From Sphyrna mokarran (Eukaryota), in NCBI GenBank assembly GCA_024679065.1, contig JAGIQG010000021.1, positions 35,774,001-35,838,000 of the forward strand: DNA of 64,000 nt, in the 5' to 3' direction. Positions 26,965 to 39,323 of this stretch are shown here, in pieces. The first letter of the stretch is position 1. The number at the start of each line of letters is the position of its first letter. Below the pieces are notes generated by a model. The model was not told the DNA's origin. It did no database searches and saw only the letters and a list, made by a program, of their open reading frames with translations. Made by a program: the position numbers and the translations under genes.

Positions 26965-28098
26965 CAAAGCCAATGAAGAGCTCAACATCCAAATGAATGG
27001 CTCCAAGTTAAAGCACCAGCCAACTCCAAAATATCCCAGAGTGACTGGAATAGAACACCGACATTCAGACAACATCTAAAAATAACTGAAACCAAAGTCA
27101 AGTCCAGAAACTTGATTGCCAAACTAGCCAACTCAATGTGGGCTGCTGCTACCACTCACTCTTTCATACTCAGTAGTAGCACATTGCTCTTTGGTCAAGG
27201 TCACCTCATACAAACGCACCCACAGAGCTGATATCCAGCTGGATGCTATCAGATGTATCAGTATTGGAACATTACACTCAACATCAGCTCCTTGGCTCCC
27301 TGTCCTCACACACATCACTTCTCCACAAACCCACTGATTTGCAACAACCCACAGAATAAAGAGTAAGTTTGCAGTGCTCCCCACATACCATTTCATGCTG
27401 ATCTTCAGCCACCCAAGGCAGGACGATCTGGAAAAACTCTTACAAACAAGGCTTCAATGCTAATTCCACCTGGACAAATGAATGGGAATCATTTGACAAA
27501 TAAGTACCTGATCTCAAACCATCCCAACAGCTGCCTAGTTTCAACCTGCCAAGGAATGATCAACAAATTCAAGATTGTCCATGACCATTACTTCCTCTAA
27601 TAGGGCATTGGGTGATACGGTGGAACAATGGTTAGCACTTCTGCCTCACAGTGCCAGGGTTCTGAGTTTGATTCTTGGTTTGGGTCACTTCTGTATAGAG
27701 TTTGCACATTCTTTACGTGTCTGTGTGGGCTTCCTCAGATGCTCCAGTTTCCTCCCATACTCCAAAAGACGAGCTGATTAGGTGCATTGGTTATGCTAAA
27801 TTCTCCCTCAGTATACTCAAACAGGCACCGGAATGGGCGATTCGGGAGGATTATCACAGTAACTTCATTGCAGCGTTAATGTAAACCTACTTGTAGCACC
27901 AGGAAATAAACTTCGATTTTAAAACTTTAAAAAAATTTACCCCCAGCTCTCTATGTACCTGTGGGAGAACAAACTGTGCACCACATCACTGAAGAGTGCC
28001 CAATCCACAAGCTCAGCAGAGGCCTATCTGCCCTCAGCACAGCAGGACAGGAATAAACTGCTTGGCTTAGGAATTTGGCATTCGCTAATTAAATAAAT
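26965..28098 (+). mobile_element. Degenerate Vingi/Ingi-like (I-group) LINE 3' portion, split by a SINE
   Basis: Frameshifted remnants LKHQPTPKY.RVT, RTPTFRQHL, KVKSRN, IAKLANSMWA, STSAPWLPVLTHITSP and a terminal C-x-C-G..QTVHHITEECP zinc knuckle; ends with (TAAA)n. Confidence 0.65.
27610..27913 (+). mobile_element. V-SINE type B (tRNA head + V-domain + non-CR1 tail), nested in Vingi
   Basis: Head ggtgatacggtggaacaatggttagcact, V-domain, tail cacagtaacttcattgcagcgttaatgtaaacctacttgt. Confidence 0.85.
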
Positions 28099-28904
28099 TC
28101 AGTTGTGAAGATGTTTGCAAAAAGTGTGCACTGCGTGTCTTTTTGACCTCTCTTTTAAAGCTACTTCCTAAATAGATAAACAATGAGAGTACAGCTTTTC
28201 TCTGTGGCACTTCGGAATTTATTTATGGAAGTGTGGTATATGAGGGCAACAAAGGTATTTGTCTCCCCGCAGTGAGTGAAGGGATTAGGTATTTATTTTT
28301 CTGGAACAAATCTAAAAACACTTACTTCAGTGCTGCTGGAGAGCTCTTACAAACCACTTTCCAGAGAAGTTCACCTGACCTCGGCAACAGTGCAACCTCT
28401 AACTCAGTATGAGACCGTCTAGTAATTATGCATAAAAATACTTTTTTTTAAATGTTTAATCAACAGATTTTGACACAGATATGACTTCAAATAGTCTAAC
28501 ATCTGATTAGCAACAATGCAATTTAACCAACAAATCTTTATCCTTCCATTAAAACAAAACTCTCCAAATAATGTACATAATTCTAACAATAGTTTGGATT
28601 ACATATTCACATTGAAATTTACGTGCCATAATGAAACTTTTGACACTGTTAATTCCCCTTGCCCTACTTTGCAATAAAAAAGCAGAATGTGACTGCAGAC
28701 CATTTTGCTCTGTTTTACTCATTTATTATGGATATTTTAAAAAAAGAATCATGACAATATAAATCAAATATTTCACTCATTTAATACATTCATGCTCTGA
28801 TTCCAGTCTTTCAATTACAGTCAATTATTTCAGGTTGAAGTGGCAGTGAATAATAATTGGAGGATTACTTTGTATTTTGACCACATTTCACTTCTAGCTC
28901 TGTT

Positions 28905-29275
28905 TATATTCTTTCATGGGATATGGGCCTTGCTGGCAAGGCCAGTAAAAACAGCCCCTTTCTATACAATTACCTCACTGGGCTTTTTCAGGAGGCAGTT
29001 AAGAGTCAACTACATTGCTGCAGGTCTGGAGTCACTTATAGGCCAGATCAGATAAGGATGGCACATTTCCCTTCCTAAATGACATTAATGAAAAAGATGG
29101 ACTTTTTGTGACTATTTGGTAGTTTCATTGTCCCCATTATTGACACTAGCTTTTTATAAAAAAAAATCCAGATTTATTTAAATTCTCCAGCGCTCCAGGT
29201 GGGAAATGAACTCAGACTCCAGATCATTAGCCCAGATCTCTGGACTACGAGTCTAGTAACAAAACCACTATGCAA
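28905..29275 (-). mobile_element. tRNA-derived SINE with SlmI/MetaSINE-like core
   Basis: Core ggcagttaagagtcaactacattgctgcaggtctggagtcac...cacatttcccttcctaaatgacattaatgaa; its 3' tail (ttcatgggatatgggc...) resembles the LINE tail at 35420. Confidence 0.6.
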
Positions 29276-30250
29276 TTTACCCTCTTAGTATAACTACAGG
29301 TACGTAATTATTAGATATTGTTTACTCAAAATTATTAGTGAAGTGTATGATGAATATGTACACTTCTTGATATGTATCCACTTGAAATATGAAATTAAAA
29401 TATTTATGTGTGATGACCGTCCAAATTGTGCAGAAACAATCTTTGAAGGGATGGAATGGTTGTGGCATTCTGTCCTTTGTGGTAGCAATTTGAGATGAAG
29501 GATTAAAAGTATCAGACACATTGTACTGATTTAGTTGCAATTACTGTGCTGACACAATAAATAAGTTTGGTGAAAACAGGAGTCACGATTTAGATACTAT
29601 TCTTTTTATACAGTTCCACAATGGAACTCTCAACATGAGAATGGATTGTTTCTGGACTATCAGTTTCAAAGGACATGTTCAGCAACATCAACTGATGACT
29701 GACTGTAGTTAAATTTGACTTCATATATGGGTAGAATAAAGTTCAAGTACAGGGACATAAAATAATAATTCTAAATCAATACTGAAAAATTAACTTTATC
29801 GTGTCATACAAATTGTTAGACACTCCTGAACAAAGACATCATTGTTAACTGTGAATGTTTTATTAGCCTCAAACATCCCTTCTATGTGGCTGGAAATCTC
29901 AAAGGTTCTCCAACAGTTGAATGTTCTGGAGTGACTTCATAGTAAGTTCAATTCAATGAAATATCATAATTCTAGGATAATTCCTTTTTGGAAGAACACA
30001 TCTGAATGACGTATTTTACAATTAGTTTTAAGAACACACAACATTTGTGGTGCAAATCACAGGCCATTGATTTTTCAAGAGACTTTTGATTTTAAAATTC
30101 TCCTTCACGATGGAAAGAACTACTGGCATTTTAATTTGTTATTGGTATGTTTATGAAATATGATTAAGGGATAGAATCTGAGAACGTGTCAAGGGGCATA
30201 TTTTAGAGAGATTAGAAGACATGTTATAACTAAGTTAAATTTATAATTTA

Positions 30251-30560
30251 AGTTTATTTATTAGTATCACAAGCAGGCTTACATTAACACTGCAATGAAG
30301 TTACTATGAAAATCCTGCAGTCGCCACACTCTGGTGCTTGTTTGGGTACACCGAGGGAGAATTTAGTGTCAGAATTTGGCCAATCCATCGAAGCAGCATG
30401 TCTTTCGGACTGTGGGAGGAAACCAGAGCATCCAGAGAAACCCCACACAGACACAGGGAGAACATGCAGACTCCGCACATAGTGACCCAAGCTCGGGAAT
30501 CAAACCCAGGTCCCTGATGTTGTGATGCAGCAGTGCTAATCATTGTGCCACCGAGCTGCC
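30251..30560 (-). mobile_element. V-SINE type B, full length, sense to cox10 in the predicted 3' UTR
   Basis: Reverse complement gives ggcagctcggtggcacaatgattagcact..., the V-domain and the tail ...cttgtgatactaataaataaact. Confidence 0.88.
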
Positions 30561-30614
30561 TATAACTTTACAGACCTAACATGGAGTTGAAAATATGTGT
30601 CTATTTTGAAGTTG

Positions 30615-30990
30615 AATTATGAGGGCAGATTGCATTAACATAGCCTATCTCCTCTGGAGTTTAGAAAATTGAATTTGATTTGATCAAGGTATTTAAAATG
30701 TCCTAAAGATTCCATAGGTTGTATACAGATAAACTATTTACCCTAATAAGCAAAGAACTTGGTGGTATAGAATAGAGATCAGTCAGGTAGGAAAAATTCA
30801 AGAAGAATTTCTCAACAAAAAGAATAGTGGACGTCTGGACTTGTCTTTCCCAAAACCTGAGAGATTTAGTTAAGGGAATCAATGACTATGGAGTCACAGC
30901 AGGTAAATGCAGATGAGGTACAGCTCAGCAATTATGTACTGAATGGCTGAGCAGGTTTGAGAGCATGAATGGCCAACTGGTGTTCCTAAG
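30615..30990 (+). mobile_element. Old CR1 3' fragment in the cox10 3' UTR (antisense)
   Basis: aattatgagggcagattgcat...ctctggagtttagaaaattg...gaatggccaactggtgttcct. Confidence 0.65.
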
Positions 30991-31146
30991 AAAATTAAAA
31001 AAGACCATTTTTATGTCACATTACAGAATCAAAAACAATTGTACAAATTCCCAGAACAAATCAGTGCATCACTGAATGAGGTCATAGCAACATGATACAG
31101 AAATGGTCTTTACCGCCTTTTGGAGATTTCTCAATAAAAATGAACG

Positions 31147-31571
31147 TTATGCTTGCACTTCTGTTTTAACGCTGTGATGAGCTACTCCCTCATTTCCAAA
31201 TAGAGATTTCTTGCAGGTCAGCATGAGGAGCAGTAGCATAGGGAGATGCCAGAGGCTGCAAAAGAAAAGTTTCCGAGCACTGCTGCGATCTGAATCCCTG
31301 TAAAATCGATAGCCGAGGTAGCTGATGTACAAGTTGATTGGGAGTGAAATGAGTGGGAAAGTCCACGTGGTTACATCAAATACAGGACATAATGTTGACA
31401 GTCCAATGAGGGCAATGCAGTGGCGGAAGGCCACACGTTTGCACAGCGATGGATGTGTGACTGACATCATGCGGTAGCCACCTCTTGAGTAGTCTTCTCG
31501 AAGGTTCCAGCTTAAAGCATTGAAATGTGGGAACTGCCAGGAATACAGGATACCACCCAATAACAAGGCAC
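31147..31571 (-). CDS. cox10: Protoheme IX farnesyltransferase (heme O synthase), last coding exon (equivalent to human exon 7)
   Basis: Acceptor cctgtttag|GT GCC TTG (phase 1). Translation [41 protein letters not shown]...[24 protein letters not shown]...QA-stop contains the COX10 [11 protein letters not shown] motif. Confidence 0.97.
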
Positions 31572-32593
31572 CTAAACAGGGGGACAGGAAGGTAAGTATA
31601 AGTTTTCAAACAACGACAAACATGTTATTTTTCTAATACAATTAAATTCCAATAAATTTATCTTCTGCATACAAGTGTAGAAATATTACATTAAAAAGCT
31701 GGTATTAAGCTTTTATATTCAATTCCTTACACAATAATTTCTTATTGCCTCAAGCCTTTGTAAAATGATAGGGAAATCAACTTAGTCCATTCTCTCTCAC
31801 ATTCCAGTATTCACACACACATTGGCTTTGATACTGGCTTAACACACCGTATTATCTATATGAAAATCAGAAAAAAAAACTACATTAATTACAGTGCTCA
31901 AAAGGTGTGACTAGGTCATGAACTGTTAAACTTTTACATCCACAATTTTGTTTATGGCAAAATAGTCTAAGGCATTAAACTTGTCACCCCCTTTCTATTT
32001 TGTCACTCACCGGAATCTGTAAAACTATTCGATAAGATAAATCAATGCGGCTATGTTGAACTATTCCTAAATATAAATGTTTCTATGACCACTAGATAAG
32101 CATATCACATTTTGTTAACTATTTTATCATTACTGGTAAGGATAAAAATGTAAAAATGTAGGAACAAGTGAAGAAAGTGGTTGTGTCTGAAGGAAGTTGA
32201 CAAAGACCCTTACTATATCACTACCCTCATTATATCTTCAAAACATGGGAGAACCTGACCAGTCAGTATTACAAGAAAGAATTGCACATTGTTAATCAAG
32301 AAAATTTGTTTCGTCTGTCTGACTTGAATACATGTCTTAAAGATAAGGGTGCAGAATCCATTGTCTCATATAGTTGCACAACCTCAGTAATCCATTTACA
32401 AAATTCTCAGCAGATAAGAGATCAATTACATATTAGATCCTCACTGTATACAATTAAATCTATTTCAAATGTCACAAATATCAAGGAATGATCCAGCATG
32501 ATAGTAAAATATGTACTGTATCAATTTGCCTTAAAATCCACTCTGAGAAAACATTTAGATATAGACATAAATAAGTGAAATAAAAAAGGAACC

Positions 32594-32804
32594 TGTAATG
32601 ACTTCAATCAGGCCATTGAGATTAGCTTAGGACCCAACTGATGGGCCAATCAGGGAGCCTTTGTTTTGTACTTAACCAGGGTGTCAGTTCCTCTAATAGC
32701 CCTGGAGATAGCCTGCTAACTGATAGCACTCTGTGTACCACTGCTAGAGTTGTGAGTTAAAGGGATTTTGCTGAAGGGATTTCTGTCTCCACAGACTTAT
32801 TGCA
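32594..32804 (+). mobile_element. Solo LTR (probably Gypsy-type)
   Basis: Begins TGTAATG and ends TTATTGCA, with an internal CCAAT (ggccaatcaggg) and a decayed poly(A)-like motif; flanked by GAACC / GAACT, a 5-bp TSD with one mismatch. Confidence 0.65.
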
Positions 32805-35249
32805 GAACTTCGGACAGTTTTATGGCGCACCATGTACAACTATTTCAGTTACATAAGAGTATACAGGTTTGCACTCAGTCCTGCACCCATCGAGCCAACA
32901 ATCTAATTTGTCCCATTAGGAGAAAGCACAAAGCTGAGGTGAAATGATACTGCCTAGCGAGGGAGAGAAATCCAAACGCAGATTCAGCCTATCCCTGTGC
33001 AGTGATACAACTATCACCAAAGATGGGGACTGGTGGGCTACATTGTAGAGGCAGAGACTAGATAAAAAGTAAAACATGTCAATTATCAAAGATAATATAA
33101 CACGAGCACGAACTGAAGATTTAACAACTAACTTTAGGAAAATGTCAACATTCTATCGTAAGTTTGTGTTACTTATATAACCTCAAGAAACGTCAAAGTG
33201 AGGTCCTTAAGAGGCAGAACTAATGTTATCCGCCCTTTAGTCAGAATTTTCATTTTGATTTTATGATGATTTGCACAGACCCGTATATATTTTTATAGTG
33301 TTCATTGATCCAGTGTAGATACGTTAATATTACCTATATTATTAGAAAACTAATGCCACGTGTTGGAATAATGTACAAAATTGTTTCTGTTGTGACATCT
33401 GTCAGTAGTGAAGGAATCTAAAGTGTTAACAAGGTGAAGTGACCAGCTTTAGAATTCTTTTAAGTCCATACTGAAACACCTCAATTTTAATTTTGCACTG
33501 GCACCATTTTCAATTCAAGCATTTCAGACAGTGCCCACCTCAGAATTTCACGGAATAGTGGAATTCTAACGCTTTAAGTATCACTTGTAAGAATTAGCAG
33601 TGATGGAATATTTGATAAATTATAGAATACTACACAAAGGAAGAATTTGATAACTCAGTTATTTCATCATAATTTTCAAAAGAATATGTTCTGTTAGTAC
33701 TCACAGACTATCCTCTTTACAGCTCAGCACGGAAGTAACAGGATAGACAAGAGTCATTAGTCCTGTTTACATTAGCAGATGGAATGACTATCTGGTCAGT
33801 GGGGTTGACAGAGCCTGGAGCTGCCCTGTTTATATTACAGTTCCAGATCAGGGCAGCTCTGATGACAGATTATGAGTTGCATATGCTAGTTTCACTCCAA
33901 AGCTAACAATTTGTCAGATACTTCCAACAGTATTCAGCTGGCTTCGCAGTGGCTAGGTAGCTCAGAGGCCATCACAGTGAGACAGCAGTTTATATAACTC
34001 TTATTCTGCTGTCAAACTATTACAAAGGATAAGGAAGGAAAAGACTTGAAGTTCCAAAGTGATTGTATTAGACTTATAGCATCAATTGGAAGTGGAATAT
34101 GACCAAAATCAGTTGAAATTCAACCTTGATGTCAAAAAATTTAAATCTGCTGAGTTAGTAACAGTTTGATGTTACTTTATTGCTTTTATTGTATTTATAG
34201 CTGGAGGTCAGAATAGTGTCCCTACACTCTATTTGCTCTGTTCTTGCAGTTTTAGTGGAAACAAAATTTATCATTAAAAAGTATTTATAAACATTGTTAA
34301 GGAAGCTTGGCTTGCCAAGAGCCAGTACAGTAACTGTGACCAGCTCCGCTCCAAATGTTCCACATCATTTAGAAAGTTCCTTACAGCAGAAGGAAGATAC
34401 TATTTCCCCCAAGATTGAATCCACATTGTATTCACTCTGCAACAAATATTAGAGCTTGAATGCGACTACTGACCATTAAGGTCCCTCATCAACATATTTC
34501 AGGCAAAGCTGTATTTCTATGATTGAAAACTGCTGCGTTAATATCAATTCACATCTGCAGTAAAACATGTTCACTTGAATTCTGTTGATCTCAGGCCACC
34601 AAGGCAGAAACACTGTTTCTGCCTTTCTGCTGAGTCACCACCCACTATGAGAAAATCTCTTTATCTGATTAACAATTAATGATAAGGCCCATCATGTGTC
34701 CATTGGGACCACCTTAGATCAGTTGCTGGGTGGTTTGTGCATTTGTTATAAGCTCTTAATTTGTGCCTCGCCCAAATGGCTAGATCTGGTCTAACAATGA
34801 TGTGACATTTAGTAACAAGTGGGTCAAGTGCAATCTATGATTTGAATTTGTGCCAGGAGAATATTCATCCATCTGAATAGCCACAAACATGGTTCTTTAT
34901 AAACCTCAACTCAGGAAATAGGTTCAAAAACAATTAAAGGATGACAATTAACTGAACAATTATGTTGACAGTGGCATCTGGCATAAACATCTGAATGTGA
35001 ACTAATTGGTTTAATCTTAAAACAGTTGGCCTTTAAATATACAGAAAAAAACCTTGGTGTTCAGAAGCTACAACTATACTGTTAATATACTTGGGGAATG
35101 TGGTTCTGTACTAGGAGTGCAGGAATCTCAATTGAGATATTCAGTCTCAAAAGTGGCAAAATTAATACAAACTAGATAACTATTTGCAGTTACGCTAATT
35201 ATTTTACTGAAATAAATGCATGTCTGCATGATTCTTAACAGAACTCAAG

Positions 35250-35398
35250 ATAGTCCAGTTTAGGTGGACTGGCATGCTAAATTGCCCCTTAGTGCCCAAA
35301 GATCTGGGTTTGCAGAAATAGGGCCTGGGTGTGGTGCTCTGTCAGACTTGGTGCAGGCTTATCGGACCAAATGGCTTTTTACTGGGATTCTATGATTA
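35250..35398 (+). mobile_element. HE1-like SINE 3' fragment
   Basis: taggtggactggcatgctaaattgccccttagtg...actgggattctatgatt. Confidence 0.7.
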
Positions 35399-35419
35399 TG
35401 GATGAGGAAGATTGTTTTA

Positions 35420-36200
35420 TAGAATTCATTCTTAGGTGTGGGCATCGTTGGAAAGAATTATTGCTCATCTATCACTATTCTTGCAAAGATGAGTTGTCTT
35501 CATCAACTGCTATAGTTCATATAGTGAAGATACATCCAAAACATTGTTAGGGAGGGAGCTCCAGGATTTTGACCCATTGATAGTGAAGGAACAGAGATAT
35601 GTTTCCAAGTCAGGATGGTGGGTGGCTTTGAGGAGAACTTCCAGGTGGTAGTGTTGCCATGTCTCTGCTGCCCTTCTCCTTCTAAATGGTAATGGTTGAG
35701 AGTTTGGAAGGTGCTGTCTAAACTTTACTTCAGATGTTCACAAAAGACAAACTGGAGTTTTAATCACAACAGACCACACATTCAGGAGCAGTGTTCGGTT
35801 TCACAGATTTAATTTTGTGTAAAAGGGTTTATCATCATAGCTTTATGACCTAAGGATGTTTGGTGATTTTCTTCCATGTATCTTGTAAGTGGCACATACT
35901 GCTGCCACCATGATGCAATGGTGGAAGGATTGAATGTTTGTGGATGGAGTGCCAATCAAACCAACTGCTTTGTCTTGGATGGTATCAAGCTCGAGTGATG
36001 TTGGAGCTGCACTATCCAGCTAAGTGGAAAGTACTCTAACATATACCTGATTTGTGCCTTGAAGATGGTGGACAGGAGTCAAAAAGTTAGTTACTTGCTG
36101 CAGGATCCCCAGCCTCCGAACTGTTCTTGTAAGCATAGTATTTATAATGCTAGTCCAAATCAGTGTCTGGTCAATGGCAACCCCCAAGAAATTGATAGCA
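35420..36200 (-). mobile_element. CR1/L2-group LINE 3' end, likely partner of the SlmI-like SINE; contains a ~150-nt unrelated stretch at ~35725-35870
   Basis: Reverse strand gives remnants INFLGVAIDQTLIWTS..., RLGILQQVTN..., AAPTSLE.DTIQDKAV; the tail is shared with 28905 and 19205. Confidence 0.7.
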
Positions 36201-36605
36201 GTTGTTCAGCTATTCTTAGTTAATCCATTCAGGTTGCCCCATAAACCCTCTCCATTGTAGCTTTTACTTGGTTTGTAAGTGATTTGAGATTGTCCTCTTC
36301 ATTCATGTTCACTCCACATGTCGTTCACTCTTTATGAAGAACTTCTGATATAGGTCTAGTTCTGTTCCTAAATTATTCAACAATTATCCTAGGTTAGGAT
36401 AGATCTACTTGTCATGAGTTCACGAACAGTTGTGTTCAACTGCCATAGAAAGAATTCCTTCCTAAACTGCTCTTCCTGTTCATCTTGAAACAATTATTCA
36501 CATTTACAACTAATCAGTTAAATTTCTCAGAAATGAAATTCAATATATATTTTCAGTGCACATCCTTATTTTCTCCACATGGTACTTTTTGTAGGTCAGA
36601 CTTAC

Positions 36606-36838
36606 CTATGCCAAGGGTGCCAGTAGCTGCTGTCCAGCCCATGACTGGGGGAATGGCTCCAACCACAGATCCTACCCAGGTATTAAGTATACTCATTCGT
36701 TTCATTGGGGTGTAGCAGCATGTGTAGAGGAAAATGTTAAAGGCTCCCAAAGCTCCAGTCAGTGGGTTTACTCCAAGGGTCAGCAGAGCTACACCAGGCA
36801 CACTGCAGGCAACAGCAAAGGACACTGCATGGAGTGGG
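36606..36838 (-). CDS. cox10: COX10 internal exon (equivalent to human exon 6, 233 nt)
   Basis: Acceptor aaacccccag|C and donor ATA G|GTAAG. Translation (S)[77 protein letters not shown](G). Phases 2 and 1 match the neighbouring exons. Confidence 0.97.
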
Positions 36839-37469
36839 CTGGGGGTTTAAAATAAAACATAGATAAGCAAATTGCACAAGTTATGCTCTTTACACATTTT
36901 CAATTACAAAGAAAAAAAGACCAGTCAATAGTGTTCTCAGTATCATTGTTTCAGACTTTAACATTGCAGTTAAATGTCCACATATCAAACAGAACTGTTA
37001 TTGGCTCTTTCTCTACTATTACTTTCTCTATTGCCCACAATAATGTGGTCAAGTCACTGGATCACTTTGTGCCAGTTGCTTTTGACCAGTCTTCAATTAC
37101 AAATGCCCAAAGCTGCCATTATTTTGAGTTTATGTTGGGGCAATTTTTTTTTGCATATTGGTGGATGGGGTGGGGGGGAATTTGACCAATAAATGTAATC
37201 AGTATTAGTTCTTAAGCGTCATTTAAAGCACTGAAAGCAAGTAGTGAACCACACAGACAGTTCCAGGATTAATTCCGTCAGTGCTGAGTTAGCTGATTTC
37301 AACTGTCTAGGTTCACACTTTCCATTGCTAGCCAGTGACCTCAGATGAAAGTGGGTACATTTGGATTGGCAGAGGACAGGATCCACCTCAGATACAAGCC
37401 CCTGCAGTAAAACCCTTGCTCACAGTTAATGCTGAGACACATACTTGGACGGAGCAAAGATTCACCAAA

Positions 37470-37915
37470 TTGGTACTTGGGATGTGGGGTGTTGTCCATT
37501 GATGCAAGGCTTAGCAAATTGGGTTCACATTCTCTGGAGTTTAGAAGAATGAGGCGCAATCGCATTGAAACCTACATAACCTGAAGGGAGCTTGAGAGCT
37601 TAGACGCTGAGCGATTACTTCCTTTGCTCAGGGAGTCTAAAACATGGGAGCACAGTAAGAGATTGATCATTTAGGGCTGAGATGAGGAAAAATTACTTCA
37701 TTCAAAGGATTGTGAACCTTTGGAATTTTCTAGCTCAGAGGGTTGTGGATGCTCCATCGCTAAGTATATGCAAGGCTCGGATGGACAGATTTTTTGACTC
37801 TGGGGACAGAAAGGATAAAAGTGGAAAAAAAGTTGTTGAAGCCCAGGGTATCGAACGGAAGGGTAAGCTTGATGGACTGTGTGATCTACTCCTGCTCTTG
37901 TTTCTTGTGTTATGT
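37470..37915 (+). mobile_element. CR1 LINE 3' fragment
   Basis: SLEFRRMR...MRKNYFIQRIVNLWNFLAQRVVDAPSL and a CR1 tail. Confidence 0.85.
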
Positions 37916-38204
37916 TAAGCTCAAATGCTATTAGCTTCTAGCAGGGGAATAAAAATACTTAAAGCACAACGAACATAAAGCCACTAATATTGTGGACACT
38001 GGGATTTAACAAAAGACAGTGTTGATCAGTAACTTTTATAGCTCCCATTCAATACAGGTTTGGAAACTGATTTATATCAGTATCTTGAAACCCAATACAA
38101 TTTTCTTTGGAATCAGTGGCATGTATCTTCTGAAGATTTCAATGTCCTGATATGTGTGCTAATGTGACATTTGGAGAGCATGGACCCTAGCATTAAAAGA
38201 AAAA

Positions 38205-38612
38205 ATAGATTTGCATTTCTACAGCGCCTTTCATAACTTCAGGGTGTCCCCAAGCATTTGGCAACCGACAAAGTACTTTTGAGGTTGTAATACAGGATAC
38301 GACGGCCAACTTACATAGAATTTGGTCCCATAAACAGCAATATGGTACTGACCAGATAAGCCATTTTGCAATATTGATTAGGGAATAAATACAGAACAGG
38401 ACAACTTCCCTGTCCTACTCCAAAATTACGCAATGGGAACTTCAAGTCCACCTTGGTGAGCAGACTGGGCCTGAACTCAACACTTCACCTGAAAGATGGC
38501 ACCTTCAACACTGTATCACTCCCTCAATAATGCACATAATGAAGTAGGACTTAAAACCTGGAACCTTCTGACTCAGAGATGAATGTGCTACCAACTGAGC
38601 AATTACTGACCC
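38205..38612 (-). mobile_element. Deu-domain SINE, near full length
   Basis: Tail ttgcatttctacagcgcctttca, core ctgaaagatggcacc, head aaccttctgactcagagatgaatgtgctaccaactgagc. Confidence 0.75.
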
Positions 38613-39057
38613 CATGTTCAAAATTGTGTAGTTAATACTGTAGGTAAGCTGGCTGCAAGTTACCAGGGACAAAAAAAATTCATTAAAGTAGGTTGAAGGA
38701 GTGGGACGAAATGTTAACGTCATTCGGTGACAACGTCATCTTATCATTTCATTCATTCTTTCTTCTCTTTCTGAAGATGAACTATGTTTGCAATGCAGAT
38801 CAAATGTGAAACCACTAGATGCCAAGGATTTCACATGAGTTTGGAACTTAATGTGACCTCAAACTGTTTCTCTGTATTGCCAAAATTTGTATACTAATGC
38901 ACCTTTGGATGTTGGATTTAATACAGTGTGCATTTAACTAGAACTAAAAACATAATAATATGTCTTTATGATGCAAGACAATTATTGAGTCAAATGCAGG
39001 CTTGTTACTCTGTTATTACATGTTCCCTATGTGGATACTTTTTGAACAATTTTTTTA

Positions 39058-39323
39058 AGTTAATCTATTTGTCACACGTAGGCTTACACTGCAATGAAGT
39101 TACTGTGAAAATACCACAGTCATCACACTCTGGAGCCTGTCAGGTACACCAAGGGAGAACTTAGCATCTAACCAGCACCCCATTTCGGACTGTGGGAGGA
39201 AACTGGAGCATCTGAAAGAAACGCACACAGACACAGGGAGAACGCTAAGACTGCGCAGGCAGTGGGAATTGAAGCCAGGTCCTTGGCGATGTGAGGCAGC
39301 AGTGCTCACCACTGTGTCGCCCC
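39058..39323 (-). mobile_element. V-SINE type B
   Basis: Same head, V-domain and tail as 30251-30560. Confidence 0.85.
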
